A DNA stretch of 64,000 nucleotides from Verrucomicrobiota bacterium (lineage in GTDB: Bacteria > Verrucomicrobiota > Verrucomicrobiia > Opitutales > Cerasicoccaceae), in the NCBI GenBank assembly GCA_039818205.1, contig JBCBUK010000013.1, forward strand, positions 32,001 to 96,000, read 5' to 3'. The notes below the pieces were generated by a model. The model saw only the letters and a program-made list of their open reading frames with translations, did not search any database and was not told where the DNA came from. This document shows positions 10,471 to 19,167 of the stretch, piece by piece. The position numbers and the translations under genes were made by a program. Numbering within the stretch: position 1 is the first letter of the stretch; the number at the start of each line of letters is the position of its first letter.

Positions 10471-10551
10471 TTTTGGGTATTAGTGATTTCTTGATCATTT
10501 TTTGACAGTTTAGCAAGTTGACCTGGGACGCATGTGCGATAATAGTTACGC

Positions 10552-11133
10552 ATGCGTTCTCTGCTTGCTTGCTTATCGATCTCTATGTCCGCGTTGGCTT
10601 CTCATGCGGCTTTGGTAGTGAATTTTGATCAGGTTGGGCCGGACGTCGTTGTCTCGACGTTTGGGTCAATCGATTTGACCGGAGCACCAATTCCAACCCC
10701 TTTTAATTTGAGTGGCGCGGGCGTACAAGCTGCAGCTGGCGACTTGGTTGTAAGCGGGTCGGTGTTTGGTGAAAGTTATTTCGGTTTTTTCACTGTGGTG
10801 CCCGGTCCGCTTGGTCCATTTGGGCTGACATTCGCTAGTGGTGAAGGGGGCGACGCTCTCGCCATTCTAAGTTCTAGTAACGAGCTCGTGCTGCCCACTG
10901 GTTACGTTTCCAATACGAATATCAATGCGAGTTCTGTTTACTTTGGGCACACATTTGCAACTATTGGGCTTACGCCGGGAACCTACGTGGGGACGTTGAC
11001 CAATGGCGATACCGCTACAATCAACATTGGGGTTGTTCCTGAACCCTCGACTTATATCGCATTTGGCGGCTTTGTTGGATTGTCTGCTTTCGTTTGCTAT
11101 CGCCGCGGGTTATCTAAGTCCGCAGCAAGTTAA
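10552..11133 (+). CDS. PEP-CTERM sorting domain protein
   Basis: Signal peptide; C-terminal VPEPSTY followed by a TM helix and RR. Confidence 0.88.
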   Translation: MRSLLACLSISMSALASHAALVVNFDQVGPDVVVSTFGSIDLTGAPIPTPFNLSGAGVQAAAGDLVVSGSVFGESYFGFFTVVPGPLGPFGLTFASGEGGDALAILSSSNELVLPTGYVSNTNINASSVYFGHTFATIGLTPGTYVGTLTNGDTATINIGVVPEPSTYIAFGGFVGLSAFVCYRRGLSKSAAS

Positions 11134-12544
11134 AGCGGCGTGGGTCGAGGAACTGATCGAGCACTTGCTCACGCGATGCGTATGAGAGGGGCTCGATCTC
11201 TGAGGCAGCGACCTTCTGATAAATGTTGAACAAATTTTCGCCGTACTGCTCGAGGCTAAATGCCTCGGCGATTAATTCACGGTTTGCGATAATCGTTGCC
11301 TGCGACGGTCGCTCGAGGACATTCGGCTTAATTGCCTCACGTGCAGAGGAATCATTGTTGAGGCGCGTGATGACCTTTTCCTGAAGCGGTTCAGAAAGTC
11401 GACCAAACTCGATGCGTTCTCCAGCCGTCATCGAGGCAAATGCAATCTCAACGGCGTGTCCCGGCATATCACGGTTGTAGGCGGCGTAGTAGGCGCGCAG
11501 GCCCTGTTCGAGGGTCGCCCGAACGGTGTCTTCTCCAAGCCAGCTAGTCGGCACCAGCATGCGATCGTAAAGATTGTTTAGCTCCACCCCTGCCTTCGAA
11601 AAATCGCTGGTAATGTCTGGGATGTTCCGCCCGACGAGCGGTTGGTCGAACAAATAAGGCTCAAGAAAGGCCAAGCCAAATCCTTCAGCGACACTAGTAG
11701 TGATGATTGCGTCTGCGCCTGCCATCATCGCTGGAAACGATATGTCGGTTTCCTCCCCCAGCGCAAAACGAACGGGTAGGCCGATGCCTTTGGCGAACTC
11801 GCGCCAGCGATTGTGAATCGGTTTGGCGGTCGGGTTCGATGGGCTCAGGGTCGTGGCCAACACGGTATCCTCATCAGCAATCGCCGCCCACAGGAGTATC
11901 TCACCAAGGTTCTTGCGGCGAATCGCCCGCGTTGGGTAGAGAAGTAGACGCTTGTCCGAAAACTCCGGCAATGGTTGCTTCTCAACGTTGAGCTTGTTCA
12001 ACGATACCGGATTGGGTAGTAGATGCAAACTTTGCGATGCAAAGCCACAGTCAGTCAGATAACTCAGATCACGTGAATTGAGCAGACCGTAATGCACTTG
12101 CGATCCCTGCGGATAGAGCTTCTTCAGGTTGGGAATCAGCTTCTCCATTGAGGCGTAATTGCTCGGGCGCCCGTCCTCGGCGAAATCATGGACCTGCAAC
12201 AGCACGGGTTTCTCGGCTGCAATGCGATCGATCACCTGCGGTATAGCGGTGTTTTTGCCAAGGCAATGATTGTGGATATGCCAGATGTCGGGTTCACCCT
12301 CGAGCGCATCACGAGCCGCCTTGCGCATGTTGAACCACAACGCGCCAGGATCAGGTTTCTCGTTGGGCTGTGTGTAAGCCAAACCGGGTACAACTGTATG
12401 AGGCAGGGCGGCATCACCGGTGTACGGCTCGCTGGTCAGAGCAACCATTTCCACGTCCCGCCCTTGCAATGCCGCAAAAGCGTTTTCCATAACCCGGGTG
12501 ACTCCGCCGGGCTTGAGATGATAGTGAACAGTGGCTACACGCAT
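11114..12544 (-). CDS. GT4 (group 1) glycosyltransferase, possibly acting on glucosyl-3-phosphoglycerate
   Basis: HYHLKPGGVTRV, YPTRAIRRKN, SVAEGFGLAFLE; directly downstream of gpgS. Confidence 0.8.
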   Translation of the reverse strand: MRVATVHYHLKPGGVTRVMENAFAALQGRDVEMVALTSEPYTGDAALPHTVVPGLAYTQPNEKPDPGALWFNMRKAARDALEGEPDIWHIHNHCLGKNTAIPQVIDRIAAEKPVLLQVHDFAEDGRPSNYASMEKLIPNLKKLYPQGSQVHYGLLNSRDLSYLTDCGFASQSLHLLPNPVSLNKLNVEKQPLPEFSDKRLLLYPTRAIRRKNLGEILLWAAIADEDTVLATTLSPSNPTAKPIHNRWREFAKGIGLPVRFALGEETDISFPAMMAGADAIITTSVAEGFGLAFLEPYLFDQPLVGRNIPDITSDFSKAGVELNNLYDRMLVPTSWLGEDTVRATLEQGLRAYYAAYNRDMPGHAVEIAFASMTAGERIEFGRLSEPLQEKVITRLNNDSSAREAIKPNVLERPSQATIIANRELIAEAFSLEQYGENLFNIYQKVAASEIEPLSYASREQVLDQFLDPRRFNLLRT

Positions 12545-12602
12545 TGGTGCTAAGCAATTATGCCCCGAGATGGTGGGCGATGATTCTGCAGTATCGTATC
12601 AC

Positions 12603-13577
12603 CTAGTAGCCCATCTTTTCGCGGTATTGCGGAATCTCGATCATTGGCGGTCGCTCTTCTTCAACGATGTTGTACTTGGTTTGCTCGTACTGTTGGTCGT
12701 TGACTTGGAATTGCCGCAGGATGTTGTGCATTTCCGGCAGCTGGCCTTCCATGCCCATTCCTTGCATCCGACCGAGGAAACTCTGCAGAATACCAAAACT
12801 CATTTTACCAAGTGACAGCGTTTCCTGGTTGCGGTGCACACGCTTGTCCAGGTCGGTCTGTCCAAAAGCTTCGAGTCCCCATTCCTTATAGACATCCATG
12901 ATATGCGATGTCTCGACTCCGTAGCCAATCGGGAAAGGCAGGCGCTCCAATACATGACGACGCACGGCGTATTCTCCCGATAGTGGTTGGACCAAGCCAG
13001 TCAACTCTGGATAAAAAAGCGAGAATAGCGGACGGACGAGGATCTCGGTCACACGGCCGCCACCAGATGGGCGAACACCTTGGGAGAACGCTAATGGGCG
13101 GTCATAGAACGCCTTTACGTAGCTGATCTCCTCGCGGTAAAGCAGGGGAGCGACGAGGCCGTAGCAGAAGCGCGGGTGGATGTTTTTGATGTCAGCGTCG
13201 ACGTAGCAAATGATGTCACCTTTGAGTTGGTGAATTGCCTTCCACAGGTTCTCTCCCTTGCCGCGTTTGTGTCCTTGCTCAGGTAGAATGTCGCCCGCAA
13301 AATAGGTGTCGGCTCCGAACGATGAAGCGACTTCCAAAGTTTTGTCCGTCGATCCCGAATCGATCACCGCAATTTCGTCCACGAGCGGATAGCGTTCCAT
13401 CAGCTCGGAGCGGAAGATAACGATCTCTTTTCCGATCGTGGCTTCTTCATTCAGCGTTGGAATGCAGAGGGAAACGGTTAGGCCCGTTTTCTCCTTTTGT
13501 TTCAACAACTCCAGTTGGTCAAAAAACTGGCTGTGGTGAAACGTGTTTCTTTTAATCCATTTCTCAATCTTCGGCAT
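12603..13577 (-). CDS. gpgS: glucosyl-3-phosphoglycerate synthase
   Basis: IPTLNEEATIG, DSGSTD, GKGENLW, DAD, GGRVTE, QPLSGEYA, GYGVE, RVHRNQ. Confidence 0.92.
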   Translation of the reverse strand: MPKIEKWIKRNTFHHSQFFDQLELLKQKEKTGLTVSLCIPTLNEEATIGKEIVIFRSELMERYPLVDEIAVIDSGSTDKTLEVASSFGADTYFAGDILPEQGHKRGKGENLWKAIHQLKGDIICYVDADIKNIHPRFCYGLVAPLLYREEISYVKAFYDRPLAFSQGVRPSGGGRVTEILVRPLFSLFYPELTGLVQPLSGEYAVRRHVLERLPFPIGYGVETSHIMDVYKEWGLEAFGQTDLDKRVHRNQETLSLGKMSFGILQSFLGRMQGMGMEGQLPEMHNILRQFQVNDQQYEQTKYNIVEEERPPMIEIPQYREKMGY

Positions 13578-14736
13578 CGCAAAGTCCTCCATCGATGGCT
13601 TGTAGCAGGGTGATGAGTTGAGCCAGGCCGGTGAAAATCGGATCAATCTCAATGGTTTCTAAATTGCCGTGGCGATTCTCTCCCTGGGTTAGCCCAATGA
13701 CGAGCGAAGGGATTTCGCGACTGATCATGGCGCTGAGCTCTCCCGTGGAAGGTGCGGCATGGTCCTCCACTTCCAGTGCCTTTAGAATCCTGCGTCCGGT
13801 TTTAACCAGTGGGTGCTTGAAGCTGATCGAGGTGTTTTTGCGTTTGGCCACGATGTTCAGGTCGATCGATGCTCCGGAGATAGAGCTGGTCTCAGCAACG
13901 ACATCCTCAATTTGCTCGAATACCTGCGCAGCAATTCCGGAGCCTTCACTGCGGACCTCGAACCGTAATTCAGCGGTGCGCGAGGGAGTGTTGTAAGTCG
14001 TCCCGGCGTCGACGGATCCCAATATGATCTGCGTCACGGGATCGGTTGGCAGCGGGATCTCTTGAATCTTGGTCAGCAGGCGGTTGAGCACTGGAATAGC
14101 ACCCCCGCTGGAAAGGCTTCCGGCCGATGCCTTCCGCGAAATTGAGCACTCGATGAGGCCGCGAATGACTCCCAATGAGCTGTAGCTAAGACGCCCGAGG
14201 GTGCCGCCTTCGCAGATTACTCCGGCTCGCATCGAAAGGCATTTGTTATCTAGGAAGAAGCGCATCCCCTCAATGTCGCCACGCCCCATGCTCCGGGTGC
14301 TTCCAAGGAGGACAATGTTGTCGTCGAATTGAATGTCGAGCTGATCGAAGAGAGTGGGCAAGGTCGCGACGGCGGCACAGCCCAGCGAATTGTCCATGAT
14401 GCTTGGCCCAGTGATCGAGTTTGGCGAAACGGATATCGCATGGTCGACCGATTTGGCAAAAGGAGAATCTAAGTGTGCGCTAACGAGGATGTTTCGATCA
14501 CCCTTCTTCCCCGGCCAGATGCCAGCAGCATTGCCTTTCTCGTCGGTGGCGACGCTTTGGCAGCGGGCTTCGATCAAACGGTCCATCATGAAGCGGGCCC
14601 GCTCCGCCTCATCAAAGGTCGGCGACGGAATCTCACTAAACATTACGGCGTTTGCCAAAAGCAGTTCACGCTTGGAGGACAGGCGTTCCTGGAGATCAGG
14701 AAGCGCCGCTAAGAGGTCATTAATAGCGTCAGGCAT
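13564..14736 (-). CDS. M20/M25/M40 metallo-hydrolase family protein with degenerate catalytic motif
   Basis: IPSPTFDE, SAHLD, DNSLG and dimerisation domain present; EE motif replaced by RS; overlaps the gpgS start. Confidence 0.8.
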   Translation of the reverse strand: MPDAINDLLAALPDLQERLSSKRELLLANAVMFSEIPSPTFDEAERARFMMDRLIEARCQSVATDEKGNAAGIWPGKKGDRNILVSAHLDSPFAKSVDHAISVSPNSITGPSIMDNSLGCAAVATLPTLFDQLDIQFDDNIVLLGSTRSMGRGDIEGMRFFLDNKCLSMRAGVICEGGTLGRLSYSSLGVIRGLIECSISRKASAGSLSSGGAIPVLNRLLTKIQEIPLPTDPVTQIILGSVDAGTTYNTPSRTAELRFEVRSEGSGIAAQVFEQIEDVVAETSSISGASIDLNIVAKRKNTSISFKHPLVKTGRRILKALEVEDHAAPSTGELSAMISREIPSLVIGLTQGENRHGNLETIEIDPIFTGLAQLITLLQAIDGGLCDAED

Positions 14737-14761
14737 AGCTCGGGATTGAATTTACAGGCAT

Positions 14762-14777
14762 AGCACATCCCCTGCCA
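14762..14777 (-). promoter_or_regulatory. putative sigma54 (-24/-12) promoter for the M20-gpgS-GT4 operon
   Basis: Minus strand TGGCAGGGGATGTGCT has GG-N10-GC spacing and lies 25 nt upstream of ATG 14736. Confidence 0.5.
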
Positions 14778-14835
14778 ATTGTTTTTTATCGCCGTGGGTT
14801 TCCGGGATGCTAGTTTGGATCCACTATTATACCTC

Positions 14836-15306
14836 ATGGCGTCGATCAAGCACCACCGAAAAGCTGCGCAGCCTATCCCAATTGGTTGGAAAGAGACCAT
14901 TGATTTGCCGGAATGGGGAATTCGCAATCTTGTCGCCAAAGCGGATACTGGAGCCAAGAGTTCTGCCATTGATGTGCGTGACATCGAATCGTTGCCCGAT
15001 GGCAAGGTACGGTTTGTGATCTCGGTCGACCGCCGAAATGAGACCTTGCAGCAAACCGTTGTTGCCGACGTGGTTAAGGAGCAAAAGGTTAAGTCCAGTA
15101 ATGGCGTGATTCAGCATCGCTTGAAGGTGGATACCCTGCTACAGATTGGACCAATCCAAAAGCGAGTGACATTTTCGCTGGTGAATCGACACCGCATGAT
15201 CTGCCGAGCCATCCTCGGGCGGGAAGCCCTCGCTGGAGACTTTGTCGTGGATTCAGTCAGGAAGTATATCCACGGAACCCGTAAACGCCCCGTAGTTGAA
15301 ACCTAA
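14836..15306 (+). CDS. RimK-associated retropepsin-like protease (RimB / putative ATP-dependent zinc protease family)
   Basis: IGWKE, AKADTGAKSSAI, VKSSNG, ILGREAL. Confidence 0.88.
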   Translation: MASIKHHRKAAQPIPIGWKETIDLPEWGIRNLVAKADTGAKSSAIDVRDIESLPDGKVRFVISVDRRNETLQQTVVADVVKEQKVKSSNGVIQHRLKVDTLLQIGPIQKRVTFSLVNRHRMICRAILGREALAGDFVVDSVRKYIHGTRKRPVVET

Positions 15307-15314
15307 TCGACAGT

Positions 15315-15710
15315 ATGTTTGATCATATCGGCTTTTTCGTCTCGGACTTTGAAACCTCGATCGCGTTCTACGAGGCATGTTTGGAGCCACTTGGAATCAC
15401 GGTCGTCCAGCGTCAGCCAGATTTCAATGCGGCGATCCTTGGCGGCGAGGAAATGTTTCCGTTCATCTGGATTGGTGGTACACCGGAGGACGGTGATTAT
15501 CACGGAACACCGTTAAAACGTGGCTCCAATCGGCCCATGCACCTCGCCCTGAAGGCTCCCAGTGAACTTGCTGTGCGCGAGTTTTACTCCCGTGGGCTTG
15601 CCAGCGGTGGGCGTTGTAACGGAAAGCCCGAGGACTGTGGCGACGGCTACTTCGCGGCCTACCTGATCGATCCCGATGGCAACAATATTGAAGCCGGAAT
15701 TCGTCAATAA
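15315..15710 (+). CDS. VOC/glyoxalase family protein
   Basis: MFDHIG, HLALKA, YFAAYLIDPDGNNIEA. Confidence 0.9.
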   Translation: MFDHIGFFVSDFETSIAFYEACLEPLGITVVQRQPDFNAAILGGEEMFPFIWIGGTPEDGDYHGTPLKRGSNRPMHLALKAPSELAVREFYSRGLASGGRCNGKPEDCGDGYFAAYLIDPDGNNIEAGIRQ

Positions 15711-15733
15711 TCATTAAACCAAAACGACTCCCT

Positions 15734-16924
15734 ATGGACCCACTGAAGATTGCGATTCTCTCCCGCGCCCCTCGCTGTTACAGTACTCGACGTTTACGTG
15801 AAGCATGCAATCAACATGGCCACTTACCCAAGGTACTCGACCCGCTGAAGTTCGGTCTCTACGTCGAATCACGCAACCCAACCGCAACCTTCCGTTCACG
15901 ACGATTGAGTGAGTATGACGCGGTGATTCCCCGCATTGGGGCTTCAGTCACATTCTATGGTGCCGCGGTGGTCCGCCAGTTTGAACAAATGGGCGTTTGG
16001 AGCGCGAACACATCGCAGGCGATCATTGTATCCCGTGACAAGTTGCGCTCACTTCAGGTTCTCAGCCGCTACGACCTGGGCATTGCTCCATCGGCCTTCG
16101 TCCGGGATCGAAAAGACGTCCTCCCAGCAATTGAGCGCGTTGGCGGCGCCCCGGTCATCATCAAACTCCTTGAAGGCACGCAAGGCGTTGGTGTGATCCT
16201 CGCCGATTCAATCAAGATTGCCGAAGCCATCATCGAAACACTGCAGTCGAAGTCACTCAACGTGCTGATCCAGAAATTCGTGGCCGAGAGCCGAGGTAAG
16301 GACATCCGCGCCTTTGTGGTCGGAGACCGTGTCGTGGCCGCCATGCGCCGGATGGCCGTTGGCTCGGAGTTTCGCAGCAACGTTCACCGCGGTGGCAACA
16401 CTGAGAAAGTCGAGCTGTCCGAAGAGTATGAGCGCACGGCGGTGCGCTCCGCTCAGATTCTCGGTCTGCGGGTTGCTGGAGTCGATATGTTGGAGGGCGA
16501 GAACGGCCCGGTCATCATGGAGGTAAATTCTTCGCCTGGCCTGGAAGGCATCGAAACCGTGACCAAGGTCGATGTCGCCGGAGCGATTGTGGAGTATCTG
16601 GTCGAGAATGTTCGCTTTGATGACCTGGACCTTCGCCAGCGCCTGGGCTTGGCCCGTGGGTTTCAGGTCGCCGAGTTTACGGTGGGAAGTCATTCGGAGC
16701 TCGAGGGGAAATCGATTGGTGGGAGCGGTCTGCGTGAGCGCGATGTCATCGTCCTGAGTATTAACCGAAGTGGACAAGTGATCGCAGCTCCCAAGGGCGA
16801 CGATATGATTCAAGCGGGCGACGTCCTGCTCTGCTACGGACGGAAAAACACCCTCCAGGATTATCTACCGCTGAAAAAACACCCGAAGAAGAAGCGTAAA
16901 AAGAAGAAGGATAACGATGCCTGA
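15734..16924 (+). CDS. rimK: RimK-family alpha-L-glutamate ligase fused to a C-terminal TrkA-C (RCK_C) domain
   Basis: YSTRRL, DAVIPRIGAS, EGTQGVGV, FRSNVHRGG, EVNSSPGLEGIE; then ELEGKSI...VLSINRSG...IQAGDVLLCYG and a Lys-rich tail. Confidence 0.92.
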   Translation: MDPLKIAILSRAPRCYSTRRLREACNQHGHLPKVLDPLKFGLYVESRNPTATFRSRRLSEYDAVIPRIGASVTFYGAAVVRQFEQMGVWSANTSQAIIVSRDKLRSLQVLSRYDLGIAPSAFVRDRKDVLPAIERVGGAPVIIKLLEGTQGVGVILADSIKIAEAIIETLQSKSLNVLIQKFVAESRGKDIRAFVVGDRVVAAMRRMAVGSEFRSNVHRGGNTEKVELSEEYERTAVRSAQILGLRVAGVDMLEGENGPVIMEVNSSPGLEGIETVTKVDVAGAIVEYLVENVRFDDLDLRQRLGLARGFQVAEFTVGSHSELEGKSIGGSGLRERDVIVLSINRSGQVIAAPKGDDMIQAGDVLLCYGRKNTLQDYLPLKKHPKKKRKKKKDNDA

Positions 16925-18017
16925 CCTCGTTAAGCTAACGCCTAATGCCAAAGCCGAGACGATTCGATTGGGCGGCAAAGAAATTTCCCCGGGCGAGTCC
17001 AAGAGCGTCCGCCTGAAGATTTCGGAAACCTATACGGGTGATGAGATCGCTCTTCCCGTGCGCGTTATCAATGCGCGCAAAACGGGACCGAAGGTATTTG
17101 TTTCGGCGGCTATTCATGGCGATGAGATCAACGGTACGGGCATTGTCCATGATCTGCTCTACGATGAGCCGCTCGATATCCATGCCGGTGCCCTATTCTT
17201 GATTCCGGTCGTTAATGTGTTCGGTTTCGAGACCCATGAGCGTTACCTCCCTGATCGGCGAGATCTCAACCGTTCCTTTCCAGGCAGCGAATCCGGTAGC
17301 TTGGCCGCCCGGATTGCATCAATTTTCATGCGCGAGATCGTCCAGCAATGCGACTATGGGATTGATCTGCACTCCGCCGCTTTTCAGCGAACCAACTATC
17401 CGAATATCCGCGCAGACTTGTCCTCGCCAGCGGTCCGCAAGCTGGCCCTGGCATTTGGCTGTTCCCTGATTGTCGACGGAAAGGGCCCCGAAGGTGCGCT
17501 TCGACGCGAGGCCTGCAAAGCTGGTTGTCCCACCATTATTCTTGAAGCCGGTGAGCCCTGGAAAATGGAGCCCGGTATTCTGGAATTGGGTGTTCGGGGT
17601 ATTCGCAATGTGTTGAAAGAATTGGATATGCTGGCGGGCGAAATCGTGCCGCCTCCCTACCAGATTCGCTCGAAGAAGACCGTTTGGGTCCGGGCAGAAG
17701 TGGGCGGGATACTCCGCTACCACATCGGAGCTGGTGAATGGGTCGAAGAAGGTCAGCCCATCGCGACCAATTACTCCATTCTGGGAAAAGCCCAATATAC
17801 CTTGGTTAGCCCGGCGGATGGCGTCATTTTGAGTTTGGCAACCTTGCCTGCGGTCAAACCTGGCGAACCAGTGGTCCACATTTCAGTTCCGACGAGCAAT
17901 AAGCGAGCTCTCAAGAAGAAGTTGAGCCGCCACCAAGGCCTGAGTGCCCGGGTCCGGCAGGATTTAGCCACAAACATCGCTCTGACCAAACACGACGCCT
18001 ACGACGCGACCGACTAA
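16917..18017 (+). CDS. succinylglutamate desuccinylase/aspartoacylase (M14) family protein
   Basis: AAIHGDEING, DLNRSFPG, GIDLH, ILEAG. Confidence 0.9.
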   Translation: MPDLVKLTPNAKAETIRLGGKEISPGESKSVRLKISETYTGDEIALPVRVINARKTGPKVFVSAAIHGDEINGTGIVHDLLYDEPLDIHAGALFLIPVVNVFGFETHERYLPDRRDLNRSFPGSESGSLAARIASIFMREIVQQCDYGIDLHSAAFQRTNYPNIRADLSSPAVRKLALAFGCSLIVDGKGPEGALRREACKAGCPTIILEAGEPWKMEPGILELGVRGIRNVLKELDMLAGEIVPPPYQIRSKKTVWVRAEVGGILRYHIGAGEWVEEGQPIATNYSILGKAQYTLVSPADGVILSLATLPAVKPGEPVVHISVPTSNKRALKKKLSRHQGLSARVRQDLATNIALTKHDAYDATD

Positions 18018-18060
18018 ATTTTGGGAACCCAAATGGCCATCGGCGGTCCACACCTAAACT

Positions 18061-18204
18061 ATGATCAAGAAAACCATCGCAATTTTATCCGTCGTCGCAT
18101 TCTCAGCAGCCATCGCTTCGGCGTGTCCATGCAAGGGCGGCGATAAAGGCAAAGACGGCGGTAAAACTGGCGTCACGAGCGAATACAGCGTTTCTGCTCG
18201 CTAG
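18061..18204 (+). CDS. 47-aa secreted peptide with CPC motif (below the ORF-track cutoff)
   Basis: MIKKTIAILSVVAFSAAIASA-CPCKGGDKGKDGGKTGVTSEYSVSAR; clear signal peptide; fills the intergenic gap. Confidence 0.65.
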   Translation: MIKKTIAILSVVAFSAAIASACPCKGGDKGKDGGKTGVTSEYSVSAR

Positions 18205-18211
18205 AAGCCGT

Positions 18212-18964
18212 CTACAGATTTTTTTCTGCCATCAAAGCCGCACCGGTAATCCCGGCGCGGTTTTTTAGTGTCGCGAAATGAAGGGGGCAGGGTGATTTTA
18301 GATAGTCTTCTATCTTGTCTCCTCGTTTTGCAAGTCCCCCGCCAACAATGATTTCTGAAGGCCGAGTAATGAAGTGGATCGCCTCCAGGAACTGGTTGAA
18401 TCGACCGGTCCAGTCGGACCAACTCAGATCCTTCTTCTTGCGAACGGAATCAGCAGCGTAGTGCTCGGCTTTGCCGAATTTTCCGTCATGATACTCCATG
18501 ATCATGTGGCCAAACTCGGTATTTTCCACGAGTTTTCCATCCGTGAACAATGCTGAACCGATGCCTGTGCCGATGGTAAGGAAGAGCATAACACCGGTTT
18601 TGTCTTGGCCGGCTCCAAAGCGCATTTCGGCGACGCCAGCCGCGTCGGCATCATTGATTAGGTAGGCAGGTTGTCCAAAAATATCGGCTAAATCTTTGCC
18701 TAATTCTTTGCCAATTAGAGACTTGTGGAGGTTTGCTGCAGTTTGGATCTGCTGGCCCTGGATAACGCCGGGAAATCCGCATCCCACGGGCCCCTTCCAC
18801 TGAAAGTGATCGGCGATCTGGCTCAGCGTCTCCATGATCGCTTCGTATTTCGCCGGTTGAGGTGTCTCTATTCGGTGACGTTCCGAAACCCACTCGCCAG
18901 TTGCCGTGTCGACCACCGATGCTTTAATTCCTGATCCGCCGATATCGATACCGAGTAGCTCCAT
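18212..18964 (-). CDS. ppgK: polyphosphate glucokinase (ROK family)
   Basis: GIDIGGSGIK, GCGFPG, NDADAAG, TIGTGIGSAL, NTEFGH, NRAGITGAA. Confidence 0.88.
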   Translation of the reverse strand: MELLGIDIGGSGIKASVVDTATGEWVSERHRIETPQPAKYEAIMETLSQIADHFQWKGPVGCGFPGVIQGQQIQTAANLHKSLIGKELGKDLADIFGQPAYLINDADAAGVAEMRFGAGQDKTGVMLFLTIGTGIGSALFTDGKLVENTEFGHMIMEYHDGKFGKAEHYAADSVRKKKDLSWSDWTGRFNQFLEAIHFITRPSEIIVGGGLAKRGDKIEDYLKSPCPLHFATLKNRAGITGAALMAEKNL

Positions 18965-19167
18965 GATTTGTCGTATTTAATTTTGTCGGATCGGCCTCAT
19001 TCACTGTTGACCAAGCCGTTTTACCTAACATCGTCATCATTAGTGAATTCGATCACTATGCGCAAGTCTCACAACCACCATTTTGGTTTGCTCGTAATTT
19101 GCTTGAATTTGCTCAACCCGATTGCTAACGTCTCGCTTAAACATCCACTTCCACAATTTTGTTGATC

